64,000 bases of DNA, taken from assembly GCA_000320545.1 (NCBI GenBank), contig ADNK01001326.1, positions 1 to 64,000 of the forward strand, in the 5' to 3' direction. Position 1 is the stretch's first letter, and the number at the start of each line of letters is the position of its first letter. The DNA comes from Bigelowiella natans CCMP2755 (Eukaryota > Protista > Cercozoa). The notes under the pieces were generated by a model. That model was not told the origin of the DNA, ran no database searches, and was given only the letters and a program-made list of their open reading frames with translations. Shown one piece after another: positions 27,014-40,058 of this stretch. Position numbers and translations under genes: made by a program.

Positions 27014-29040
27014 GATTTAGTATTTCTTTGTAATGTGTCTATGTATAGTTTTTGGGTGCATTTGATAGAGAGAAAACTTGACAGAAAAGGGGTTACGAAA
27101 GTTAACATGTGATAATATATTATTGTGAAACTCAACTCTGAGATGAGGTTTAATTTAGATGGAGAAGGTCTCCAAGAAAACCTTTCGATCTGCAGATCGC
27201 AACCGGTAGCACTTACAAAATATATTTGTTGTAATGATAATGTTGGCAGCGCCACAGTCGTGGCCGACAATATCTGCCACTACCTTTTGTACCAATGGAT
27301 ACACAGAACGTTATATGTCTCAACAAACGCACTAATTACTATGTATGCTTTCACTAGACGGCGAATGGTTTGCAGCATTCAATTCTAAAGTAGGCAATTT
27401 ATCTCGAGCTGGTAGTTTTAAGAATATATTTTTATCAGATTTATCATCATCATGATGTGAATTCCTGCCTTTTCGTTCATCGGCATAATCATCAAAATCA
27501 CAATAAATATTTAATATTACTATTGTTATTATCATCACTATCATATCTCTTTATAGTCATCGTTATTGCCACCACCACCAACCGCCCATTTTATAATGTC
27601 AGGATTCAACTTGGGAACACATGGCATTGCTGTTTCGGCCAATATAGGGGCCCCACTATCAGACAAACTCGTTGGCCGTTATATTTTCAGTATGATATGA
27701 AAGAGTAGTGGATAGGAAAATGGAAGTAGCGATAGGGAAGAGTTGTAAGATAGTATACCGATGATAAATTGCTTGTTATTGCAGATGGACTCCTCAAGGC
27801 TCCAGAAATTAATCCGGTTTGCTTCCTTTTGGTTTATAAATAAAACAGTTCCAACACTAAATTCATCATATTTTCCAGCATAGCTCAATGTTGAACAAAC
27901 GATAGCATGTATAGATATAAATTATAAACATAAACAAACAAATAAGTTTATACCTATAGGGCGAGGACAATCCATACTTTTTACAAATGCCACCTCTTGA
28001 CGGCGCAAGATGGGAACCGCATCTTGCCCAAACTGTTGGGCTTGAAGTCCCAATTGCCAATGGAAATGTAGAATTATTATCGTTATTACTGTTGTTGTTA
28101 ATATTGTTATTATTTCCTGCTGTTTTTTTGGATCATCAGTCGGATGAATTGTTTCATTTTATTGTATTTTTGTGTCGTGTATGTTTCGATTGTTTTTGAC
28201 TTCAACATCATCATCATCTTCTTCTTCCTCTTCGTAGGGATCGATCATGTTGTATCACGTAGACGAAGACTTGAATGCAGGGTACATGTAACGTGAACAA
28301 TATACACTGGCACATCGACAAAAATGAGATATCAAGAAAGGAAAAGAGAAAGTCATATCTTTTGTGTTTAGGGTTAGATATAGTAGATGTTCTTCAAAAA
28401 GATTCTGCAATGCTCTGTTCAAATCGTAAATCTATTAACACCATTGAATATGTTCAGATTAGCATACTCTAGAATATTTGGTGGAATTCCTCTCAGACCA
28501 TCTTTAAGATCAGACCTAACGACTGCAGGTCATTTTTAATTTTCAATTATTTTCATCATCTCGATCCTCGTTTCCTTCATCTATCTCGATACAATTAGGG
28601 ACCATGTCTGAAGTGAGAATTAGAAAGAGTCTTTCGCATATTGTACATCCTCGACTTGGAATTGAAGCATCATCTGGGATTTCAAAAAGATGGAATACGA
28701 CCCAACCATTGAAGGTGAGGTGATCTAAGTAGAACCATTAAAGTACTCATGCAATGCAATTTTAAGAGGTACAGTTGAAGAATAGTAGTAATGGTATCAA
28801 TGAATAATATGTGATGGCCATTTGTATAAACTTTAACGATCCGATCGTGTTGCAGGTACTTTTTTCTTTAGAACTGGTTCTCTTTGGAATCGGTAGGTTA
28901 GTTGCTGCTTTCTCTGGTGGAGAAATTTCTGTACGTTCTCAATTTGGAGATTCTGGAAAAGGTTGATTTTTGTTGCTACTTTGCAGACATTTAGCGAACA
29001 AAAATTGGTTCAGATCATTGAATTGCAATGCAGCATGGTA
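25600..29040 (-). CDS. Probable uncharacterised multi-exon gene (structure unresolved)
   Basis: Several non-repetitive, GT-AG-bounded open segments on the minus strand between microsatellite tracts (e.g. about 26740-26830, 27590-27680, 27760-27900, 27960-28290). No recognisable domain. Confidence 0.35.
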
Positions 29041-29219
29041 TGTCGTTGTGCCTGTTGCTCGCAGGCCGGAATCACATCCCACGAACGCTAGAACGTTTCG
29101 TTGCACCGCATAAAATTTTGATTCAAGTGTGAAGCAAGCGCGCTTTGAGCAATGATCGAGACGATTGCGAAACGTTGTTTGGCGATGTACGTTCAGGTGC
29201 TTGGGAGTCAGCAACACAC

Positions 29220-29867
29220 ACTCCTAGACTCACACCTTGAAAACTGTGCGCAGCTGTTTGTTTCCCGACAACGTCTGGACGCGTGCGATGCTGACAGTCA
29301 CGGCTAGACGGGCGTCAGCCATGGCCACGTCTGCACTAGACGTCTAGACACGTGTGGTGTGTGCCATAGAACGACTAGCGTGACACACCATCGTGTCCAA
29401 ACGCGTGTCATAAGTGAAGGAGTTGCAGACTGGAACCATGCACCCAGCCAGTGAGCCAGACAAACCACTCTGGCACTGTGATTCGAGTCTGTTTCTCGCG
29501 TCACCCAATTGGGAGCAGTGATGATGGACACAGTAACATCACATGTAGTGATGAACGAAGTGATCCACGCTTTGAACAGCTCTAGAGCTTCGACGTTGCA
29601 AAGAGGGCAAATCGTGAAGGAAGAAGCAGGTTGCGAACTCTTCGACAGAAAAACAGTTTGCTGATCGCCCACATCGCACGAGCTTCACTCTCTCTCTGTG
29701 TGACGAACAATGAACAATGAACACGATGATGGACCACGCTTCCAAAGTGTTGCAAGACACTTGCAAAGTGCGAAACGCAGTGCCTCGAACTGACTTTGGT
29801 GAGGGGCCAACTGGTGAAACCAGCAAGCAGGTTTGAGAGTTGGCAAACTGGTGTTTGTGAAGCAAGA

Positions 29868-29910
<43 letters not shown>

Positions 29911-30350
29911 GAACAATGAACAATGATGAAAAACTGCACCTAAGTGCAACAAGACACTTGCAATGTGCGAAATGCAGTGCCTCGAACTGGCTTCAGTGAG
30001 GACTGCCAGCTGACTGCTGGCAAGCTAGCTAGCTAGCGGGGTTCATGCAAATTGGCACAAACTGAAAGTTGAATGCATCACAGCTGGCGGCTAAGTGGCG
30101 GCGACGCAAGGCATCCATCCTGGACAGGAACTTCCTGAAAGCTGCGTCAACATGGAGATCAATGTCAGGACAGCCGAGGGGGCTCCGAGCAAGACTCTGG
30201 TTTTGATGGCGTCAGAGGCATCTCTCACATACACAAACACCACATGCCATTCATTCATTGCGACAACAAATGCATGACAGATGCTGCTAGACAATGTCAT
30301 GCCATTTGTTCATTGCAACAACAAATAAACGAACAAAAGACAAACAGATG
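29220..30350. repeat. TpA-depleted repeat island with an internal duplication of about 110 bp (29700-29815 / 29905-30015)
   Basis: CAAGACACTTGCAA..GCAGTGCCTCGAACTG is duplicated. GCTAGCTAGCTAG run; few TpA outside CTAG. Confidence 0.65.
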
Positions 30351-30456
30351 GCATACGAGTCTAGGTACTCCCGCTTCTTCTACTCTCAGAACAATCCGAG
30401 AGGAGGAGCAGGAGGAGGAGAAGAGGAAGTACAGTGCAACGAACAAACGACGAACA

Positions 30457-31318
30457 ATGGCTACTATTGACACTTCTACGGAACGGGAAGAAGTAAAAGA
30501 AGGAAAAGAAGAAAAAGCTGCATATTATGTACTTGTGGGCGGTGAAGCCCATGAAACCCAGGTGTGGTGTCCCCCTGTTGTCGTTGTCATGCACTTCTTC
30601 GCCCTAAGGTCAAGTTGCTGCTCTACTACTGATTAGGGTGTGATACCAGAGAAACGGGAACTTATGCATACTTCACTGACCTACGTCGCGGCAGCTTATG
30701 CTCAGCTTAGAGGCGGTAATGTCGTAGTAGTGTTTGCGATTCCTCACGCAAATGTTCATGATGAGAATGCTACTAACTCATCGTAGCCGGCGTTCCTCGT
30801 TCACGAATTATTACAATTGTTCAAGTTCGTGACTACTTAGAGGGCCTGAAAGTAAGATCAATCTGTTTCATCTTCAAGTTCACTTGTGATAAACATGCAA
30901 AAATAAACTTCGTATGTGTGAAAATAATTTAAATCAGGATGGACAGTATCCAAAAGTCATGTACGAAAAAGAGTGCGCACTTCTTCTGAAAGAAGGAGGC
31001 TCAGATTATGACTTCGATGTAGTACTATTATGATGATTCATTGTAGAAAAAAGAGAGGCTATTCTTGCACGTTGAAAATTACCAACAATTATTGTCTTTT
31101 CGTCGACAAATGAAAGGCTGTGTGTCCATCAACGGTTTGGCGCGTCGTGCTTGGTACGTATCACTACGGCATGAGTGAGGAGTAGGCAATAATAACAATT
31201 CGAACAACCCAAATGCATCTCTCTGCAGTAGGCTATAATAACAATCTTATCACCCCAAATGCATCTGTCTGTCTTTCTTTTCTTCTCAGGCTTGAAGAAT
31301 GAAAACTATCCAAAAGTT

Positions 31319-31363
<45 letters not shown>

Positions 31364-32195
31364 AGAGTAGTAGTAGTAAGAGTAGTAGTAGTAAGAGTAG
31401 TAGTAGAAGTAAGAGTAGTAGTAGTAAGAGTAGTGCAGTAGAAGAAGATGAAGAAGAAGAAGAAGAAGAAGAAAAAGAAGAATGAAAGCTATCCAAAAGT
31501 TGAAGTAGTAGTAGTAGAAGAAGAAGAAGAAGAAGAAGAAAAGAATGAAACATATCCAAAAGTAGTAGCAGTAGTAGCAGTTGAAGTTTTGTGGTGTAAT
31601 CTTTTGAATCATCTACTAACCTCCTCATCCTCGTGTGTCCTTTTTAGGTTGTACCCAAAGGGAAAGACAAAGTCAAATCACTGACACTTGCAATTTACAG
31701 GTGATAAATAGTGTCAACAATAAGATCGATTAAGAATACCTGCCCTTTCCTTTCTATTGACAAGCAGCAGCAACTCGTCTGTCTTTTTGAAGCCCTTAAA
31801 AAGCAAATAAACAAAGCATCCATCATGTTCGTCGTTTCCGATTGGACGCATTCCATCCACCCATCCATCCATCCATCCATCCATCCTATCTCACTCAGTC
31901 ATGGAGATAGTCATCCTGCTGTCAAAATCATAAAGCACCAGCACCAGCACCAGCACCAGGAAAAGAAAGAAGCAGATAATGCTGCTGCTGCTGCTGCTGC
32001 TACTGAGAATGGTAGTAGTAATCTCATGGGACCTCCAGATTTGAAACCACATTTGGATCCTCTCAAACATGAGTGGTAATGATACGTATATAATATTTGG
32101 ATACTCTCAAACATGAGTGGTAATAATACCACAACTACTCCATCTCCTTGCCAATTATGTCTTCTTGGATTATCGAAGGAGATGAATTTCCCGAA

Positions 32196-32233
<38 letters not shown>

Positions 32234-32728
32234 GTAGTAGTGATGATACGAGCAAAATATGATGCATATTGTGTTGAATACGGCCAAATTGAAAATAATG
32301 ATGTCATCATCATCATCATCATGATTATCATCATTTAGCTTGGTCTTGACTTGGCTTTTAATGAAGTATTACTTCTACTTCTTATACACATTATTAGGTT
32401 TGTTCACATGCCTTATCCAAACAAGGATAGAGTACTAACAACACAACAACCACTACCATTTCGAATAAATTACTTTGTTTCTTTTTCGATTCTGATTCTC
32501 CTTTTCATAAAGGAAAAGCATCATCACACCAACAACAACACTAAAATGAATGCATGTTTGACCGCTATTATCAGAGGATTAACAACGAAATATTAAGTTT
32601 TGTGGCTACTGAAGGGAGTAAGGATGCTGGAAGGTAGAAGTTGTGTCTCTATTTTGAAATAGTAGCAGTAGCTGTTATACTTTATGACAACTTTAAAAGA
32701 ATATGCTCCACATAGATAAAATATATGC

Positions 32729-32760
<32 letters not shown>

Positions 32761-33355
32761 ATTTAAAACAGTATATCATCTATCTGTCGGGAATTCTAAA
32801 GACGAAAAACTACCAGCACCCTGCAACACAAAACATACATCATATTGATTCAACAATGGAATATCCACGCGTAAAAAATGCTGAGCTTTTTAACTTTATT
32901 TAAAAAATAAAATGATGTTAAGATGCAGGAACAAGCCTGAGTGTTATCTATATGCGACGCAGCTTCGATCAATATTCTGCAGTCTCTTTCAGGCGCGTTT
33001 AATTGAGATGCTTCTATTTCGTGATCACTCATTCTCACATCACCAGAACGTATCTATCGTAGTGTGATGTCGTAATATTTGGGAGGGCATCATTATCACC
33101 AACCAAGTGACAAATATATAAATAAATTAATAAATAGGAAAATCCCAAAAGGCCCGTCATTGCTCTTCTCAATTACTGCAGGTAGTAGCAGCAGCAGAGC
33201 TGCTTATATTGTCGCTTTATAGTGTATATATTATTATCTACCCTCCTCCCTAATAATCTTCTTTCTTATTACATTAATATTTATGTTGTTGCTTTATAAG
33301 GTGTATGTTATTATCTTTCCCTCCACTAATGATCTTCTATCTATCTTATTACATT

Positions 33356-33395
<40 letters not shown>

Positions 33396-34421
33396 TCGGG
33401 AGGAGGCATCGAGTTTCTGAGAAGATCATACACAAGGAAAGCTCTTGGGGCTGAAAAGTGGCCTTTGTATCTTATGAGCTCTTGCCAGGCATCCCACGAC
33501 GCCTTGGTGGGAGGCCTATGGGAGACCTGGTTTCAGCACCTCTCAAAGGTAGAAGCAAGTAATACTACGAAAGTATGTATGTATGTATGATGATAATCAT
33601 GATGGTAAGTTCAACCACGGAACTACTGGCAGAAGTAGGGTACAGTCTGCTTGTTGTAAACTCAAACAGCGGTGATGACGACGGAAATATGTACATACAT
33701 ACTTATAACAAATGTACCACATAAATACATATATTTTTGCGTCGAGTTGCTGTTGTTTGGTCATCCTCCTCCTCTTCTTCTTCTTCTTCTTCTTCTTCTT
33801 CTTCTTCTTTTTCTTCTTGTGGATATGCTCTTCTTTTTCTTACTGCTATTATCTCCTCTTCTTGTGGATATGCTCTTCTTTTTCTTACTGCTATTATCTC
33901 AGAGGATTCCCAAGCTGATGAGTTCTGGTATTCTTCTTCTTCTTCTTCTTCTTCTTCTTCTTCTTCAATGTTGTTGTAATGACTATGCTACAAAGTAGTA
34001 AGAGTAGAGTAGGAGTAAGAATAGTAGTTTATCACAGGCACCTGCAGCATTATCATAATGATGAGATTGTCTTTGGTGTTATAGATGCGAAAGATACCGT
34101 CAACAACACAAATATAACGTTGGTAATATTACTAATAATACGGGATAGTATTAGTAGTGTTACAACACAATCTATACTAGCACATCTCCTGGTGATGATC
34201 GATCATCATCACCATCATGATCAATCTCATTAACTTTCTCTCTTTTCCTGTCTATCCGTCCACAGGGAAAACTTTTCTTTGAATCTAAGAAAGAATACCA
34301 TATTAAAAACAAATACGAGCTGAAGGATCTTGTTAAGACCTTTGCTTTTCCCAGTATCTTTGGAGAGACGAATGTAGGTCATTAGTACTCATCATTTGTG
34401 ATGATGACGATGAGGAGGCGG

Positions 34422-34456
<35 letters not shown>

Positions 34457-35033
34457 TGTTTTCGAAAACAATCCGAAGACTACTACGGTCTTTTGGTTAC
34501 AGGACCTCTCTCCTATTCCTTGGATCGCAGCACTGAATAAATAATAATAATAATTATATAGTTATGCTTATTGTATGCTTATTCTCCCCCCAGAATCAAA
34601 ATGCTGTTGCTGTACGATATGATGCGGATCTTGCCAAGGTTTGATTATATGCAGCATAGGTTATATATGATGATGATGGGTAATGTAATAATAACAATAA
34701 CATTAGTAATAACAATAGCAATAATAATGATAATACTAGGCATAATCCAAACTATGCAGTTAAGCCCAACCTCAACTATTACAGATATGTGTCTTGTGTA
34801 TGCGAAAGTAGTAACGATTGATTGGTTTAATTTAACCAGGTTATCTGCTCAAGTTCAGATGGTAATGATGCATGTAACTATGGTCACATAGATGGTTATT
34901 CTACAGTCGATAGATAGTCTGTAGGGGCCTTTCTAAAGATAACACGGTCTGTTGGCAGCGACACCAAGTTGTGTATCCGAAAACCATTATGAGCGGCCTT
35001 CTGATGGTCAATGTGGCGATCTTGATGATGATA

Positions 35034-35068
<35 letters not shown>

Positions 35069-35831
35069 TCACAACATCATTCAATGTGTGTTAGCTTTAG
35101 ATTCATATTTTGATCAGATGTTTACCAAATAGGCACCCCTGATTTTGACCTCATTAAAAAGATGCAACAAGAATATAGGGTAATGCCATAGCATTTTTTA
35201 GGATAGAATTAAGCAATAACCACCGATTTGTTGGGCGCGTGATGGCTAACAATACCACAGCTTGAATAACTACAACTTGTTTTTTGCATTGATGGCTAAC
35301 GATACCACAGCTTGAATAATAATAACAACTTGTTTTTTGCATTGGCTACAAGGAAGGAAAAAGATGGAAAGGAAAAAAGGTTATTGGGAGAAGTGCAGGG
35401 AGGCGCGAATACTACTCAGGAAGCCTGTCGTGAGAAGAAAGGATGGGAATGAGAAGAAGGGCGGATGAGGATAGAGTTAAGGCTGAGAATTCAAATATTA
35501 ATGTTATCGTGACTCATGTAGGTGAAATTATGGCATCCCCAGGATTGGAGAGGAAAAGAGGTTGGCATACTTGTCGCTACACAACACTGACTGACTAACT
35601 GACTGACGCCACATTATTCTTAAATTTACTTGCGGACAAACTGTATGATGAATGTGTAAATCAAAACGATGTCGGTAAAAGTATTGTTACACCCTTTGGA
35701 TACTTTGAAAAGGTTAATTTAATAGAGGCTGTGAAAAATGCTCAGAAGCGAAGTGCAATTCCAGAAAGCATCATGGGGTAGGCTCATATCATACATCTCA
35801 ATCAATCACAATGTGGCCATTGCTCGGATGA

Positions 35832-35868
<37 letters not shown>

Positions 35869-35958
35869 ATGGTTCTTTACCTTTCATTTGCATGAATATT
35901 TGACAGTTCAAAGGACATGGAACAGGCCACTTTAAAAGATCTGTATTCGGAGAAATGA
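30457..35958 (+). CDS. Divergent clan CD cysteine peptidase, legumain/C13-like, multi-exon
   Basis: YYVLVGG..YVAAAYAQLRGAGVPRSRIITIV..SDYDFD, SHGDSHP (candidate catalytic His) and VIALLNYCRSGG (candidate catalytic Cys; cf. legumain YIEACESG). Terminal exon ..LKDLYSEK*. Confidence 0.6.
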
Positions 35959-36009
35959 GCCATCCCTAAACCATGCATTTCGAATAGTCAGGTGCTAATA
36001 AATTACAAA

Positions 36010-36080
36010 AAGCTATGTGCAATGCTGCGGCTACAGTGCTGATGTTGTATCTGTTTGTTTCTGCTATGATATCATTTGTG
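36010..36080 (-). mobile_element. LINE 3'-region fragment retaining ancestral TpA
   Basis: Reverse complement ATATCATAGCAGAAACAAACAGATACAACATCAGCACTGTAGCCGCAGCATTGC matches 37845-37900. Confidence 0.75.
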
Positions 36081-36119
36081 TTAGCAAATGTTATTGTGTG
36101 TCAGTACGTTCATTGATGC

Positions 36120-37329
36120 ATGCTAGCATGACTACACGCTGTTGCTGCCGCATGGCGCGTAGTTCATCTATCTACACAGACAGCTAGCAGCAGAGAAGGA
36201 TTTTTTGATTCATGAACATTTGCATTTCGCGCAGAGCGATGAATGTCCGCTAGCCCGCCGCACTAGCGCAGGACATCAAAGGCTAGCTCTGGTAGCTAGC
36301 TAGCTAGAACGGGTGAATCGTGAATCGCATTTGCCGAAAACGTGACGTCGTCCGCTAGTAGTCCGTGCCAGTGTTTTCTAGTTGGAGCTGGGCACAAGCG
36401 ATTTTTTTTGTTTAGAAATGTGCACGTTTGTTTTTTCTGAACAAGTGTTCGATTTCAACAAACAATGCCCACATGTCGCAAAACTGGTGTTCGATTCGTC
36501 AATTCAGACAATGTTCGAACAAGAATAAAAGCACTTGCAAACAATTTGAAACGTTTTCGAATGGTCACTGAAACAACTGACCAATCCTCGCTCACCTTTG
36601 ATTGGGGTTGCACGTGCAGGCTTTCATTGTTTGTGCAGCCTTGCATGCTTGTGCGCTGCACTTGCACTTTGTCACGCACATGCTCGTGCCATCCCCTTGT
36701 TCACCCTCCACCCATGATTGGGGTTGCTGTCTGCACCAGCACATGCACCACCGCCTCCAACTTTTGCACGACACTTTGCAAAAGTGCAAATGCAGTTTGC
36801 ACTTGGGCTTTCATTGTTTGCATGGCCTTGCATGCTTGTGCGCTGCAATTGCACGTTGCCATTTTCAACAATTGGCCGCCACGCTAGCTAGCTAGACGCA
36901 TCAAAAAGCTCAAGTTTTGTGATTTTTCCAAAAAGGTTTCCAAACATGTTTGGTTTGGTTTGGTTTGAAACAATTCGAATATTTTGAACTTTTGGTTTCC
37001 AAACATCACTAGCTAGCTAGACAAGCACTTGCAAAGCACTGTTCGATTCGTTCAAACACCACTCGAAATCTTGACAAGCTAGCAAGTGGCATTTGGTTTG
37101 AACAAACAAACACATTTGCAACTGTGTTTGAACTCAAGCATTTGTGCCCATTAGCTCTAGTTCTAGTGTTGTCTAGTTGTGAAGCGTGGGCTTGATGAAT
37201 GGCTAGCTAGCTAGAGCTAGAGAGGCCCAGGATGCATGCTGGACTGGCGGGGACACGGTGCCCCATCTAGCTATGCTGGTACAGCTAGACAGGGCCACGT
37301 TCCATGGCCCATGGCGCATCGCATGCATG
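36120..37329. repeat. TpA-depleted repeat island with CTAG runs and an internal duplication of about 55 bp
   Basis: GGCTTTCATTGTTTG..GCCTTGCATGCTTGTGCGCTGCA at about 36619 and 36806. Multiple (GCTA)n runs. Confidence 0.7.
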
Positions 37330-37343
37330 CACACTTATTAGAC

Positions 37344-37953
37344 GAATTGCCCACCGTTTTGGCGACAACAGAGGCGCTGAAAAAAGAACTGAAAAAACAT
37401 CACAAGGTGATGAAATCTTGTGCTTTCAACGAATTCGAAGAGGAATGGTCCAATGATTCATTGCGCGCTGTGCATCTCAAGAATCTTGGTTTCCTCCCGT
37501 CATCTTCGATCACCGGCATCAAACTGAAACTTCCAAGTGTTGCTACATCATGGATGCGCGCCATCTGTGGTGTCGGCAATCTTGGCAAATTCATGCTGTC
37601 ACGTGGACAATGCACAGAGGAAGATGCCACGTGCGATGCATGTGGCATCCTGAAGGACATGGATCATCTCCTGCAATGTCCAACACATGGTCGAGAACAA
37701 ATCAGATTGCCCAATCAAATGCGCGCGATCATGAATCGCAACGACGACACGAACCGGTTGACAAAGGCTGAAATTGAATCCAGAACTGCTGCGCGCAGTG
37801 CGCGGCAACATCGGTCGCATGAGGACGCTTTCAAATGCATGAAACACATTGTGGCAGAAACCAACAGATGCAACATTGGCGCTGTAGCCGCTGCATTGCA
37901 CAGCTACATCAGGATGACCATTGAAAAAATTTAATTCTTCATCACATCCGTCT
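37344..37953 (+). mobile_element. 5'-truncated non-LTR retrotransposon (LINE), ORF2 C-terminus with CCHC zinc knuckle and 14-bp TSD
   Basis: CDACGILKDMDHLLQCP knuckle. CACACTTATTAGAC is duplicated at 37330-37343 and 37954-37967. The 3' end is shared with many shorter copies in the window. Confidence 0.88.
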
Positions 37954-38148
37954 CACACTTATTAGACACACCAAATGAACTTGTGAACTACCTGATGAAC
38001 ACGTGTAGACAAGTCTAGCTAGCTAGACCATGTACACGAATAGAGCCCATGCATGGGGCTACATTTCGTTGCATTGCGCTGGGCTTACTAGCTAAGCATA
38101 GCTAGATTAGATATAGCAGCAGCAGCAGCACCATAGCATCGAACATGC

Positions 38149-40058
38149 CTAGATGCATGTCACAGCAGCCATCTCAAATTTCAGATCTCTGCTCTGTGCA
38201 GAAATGTTGATGCTAGTTCTAGAGTTTTCAATTGTACGACGATACAACAAACACTGCAGCTGGAGCATTCCAGGATCATAACAAATTCTCCTACATCCAG
38301 ACTGGCATGCGTAGTGTAGGCATGCATCGTTCATGTGCGTCTATCGGCCTCTTTGGTTTCATCATTTGTCGATTGTTTGTTCAAATCTGGGCAAGAGGGA
38401 CGAAATCTAACATGCCCTTGCATGTCCAAATGACAAATCCATCATTCAGCCTGCAAGCTAGAGATGTACCAATAAAACTAGAATTCCTACTATGTAACTG
38501 CAAATCTGCGTCTAGTTTTTTCTGAAATTTAGAGCGTAGCAGGCAAACGTTGTGTTTTCTTTGAAAAAAGGGAATTATCTCTTGGATAACTACTGTCTTA
38601 GTCTCGACATCGATACCTTTCATACACACTTACATCACAAATTGTTGTAGGGAGATATTGAGGTGAAATTTTACCTTCTCTCAGAAACCTTAATCCTTGC
38701 TGTCTATGTATGTGCTCCGACACTGCATACATGATATGCAAATGAAGAAAAGAAGATGAAAACATTACTGCAGTGACAGCTCCATATCCTGAGAGCGGTA
38801 ACTTTTGCACAACCTACGAAAAGTATTAACTGAAACAAGAACTTCATATAACAAGGGGAAATACCTCGCCCAGATTATGCGATCCCAGAGAGCAGATGAT
38901 GACAGATAGATTTGATGAGCGTTTTTCTTGTTCAATACAGATTATCTGTGACTTTTCTTTGTTAAAACAGAGCTCCGATTGGTTCTGCAATAGCACATTC
39001 TCTATTTTTGCCAGAGGTCGTCGATTGACCGGATTGTCTTGACTAATCGTTGTGACGTGACGCCTCTTTCTGCATCTCCATGGTATTCGCCCTATTGTTG
39101 TTTCGGACGATGACAAATTGCGTTTATTGTGATTTCCATAATTTTTGGATAAGATTTTGACATCCCAGATATAAATACTAGAGTTCTCCTGGTGTCTTCT
39201 TCTGGTGGAAGCTTTTGTTTGTCGCCTCTTCTTGGACGAATTCCCTGACCGCACGGCAGTCACGACTAACGAAGATTCTACTAGAACTGAAACTGCATTC
39301 ACTGTGGAATCATCTCCAAAAATCCTAATATTTCTTTCCGAGAATACTTTAGATGGTTTAAGAGAAAGCACATCTTTGTGGATCTGGATATAGTTTCCAG
39401 TACCAACTAAAAGATGAGAAACCTGTTCCTTTGATTCGTAATAAAATGTCATTGATGCTATGGTATCCTGAAATGGAAGAGCTTTAATTTTCTTCATTCT
39501 TGCAGTGTCCCATATTATGACTTCATTGCAGCTTGCACTATCAGAATTAAATAATAGTTTGGGAATTGTAGTCAGTAGGTGAGTGAAACAAAAATACCTG
39601 GCAAGAATCCCTTGTTCGTGTCTACAATACACGAGAAGAGAAGGGGAGTGAGAATGTCCACTTAACGTCTCTGAAGAACCTAGAAAGAAAGGAGACGATA
39701 TCGTCAAAGTTCCGAAAGTAACAAAAATCGAGGAGCCATACATACCACTTGTGTAAGTGTTCCTATTCTTTCTGAATATCCTGATACACTTATCACCACA
39801 AGCCGCAGCAAACTCCCGACCGCACACCGAAGAGGCAAGAGCCAATACTTCGATGTTTTCTGATGATGTAATGTGTTGTTCAATTTCCTGACATCGAATT
39901 GGGTTTACGATATCTTCAGCGTTGGTTCTGCGAAGGCAATGGTTGAGAACGCTCTTCGTTTCAACCCTTCCGATAATCCCAAGTCGTTTTTTTTTACACG
40001 ATAACCTTCGACTCCCAGCTGTCGAAGTCTGTCGGGAGAGAATATAGTTGGAATTCAT
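38149..40058 (-). CDS. WD40-repeat protein
   Basis: FAAACGDKCIRIF, TLSGHSHSPSLL..SASCNEVIIWD, IYIWD, LSGYGAVTAVMFS. Short introns; the 3' end is approximate. Confidence 0.7.

Noticed and set aside
31296-31565. Spaced direct repeats resembling a CRISPR array
   Set aside because: Eukaryotic intron; the spacers are microsatellites and the repeat is a copy of the exon end.
31233-31684. Poly-L/V/Y/K ORFs here and at 33.7k, 49.1k and 61k
   Set aside because: Translations of intronic microsatellites.
37236-37343. N-terminal part of the 232-aa ORF as a real gene start
   Set aside because: It lies outside the TSD-defined LINE boundary and is open by chance in TpA-poor DNA.
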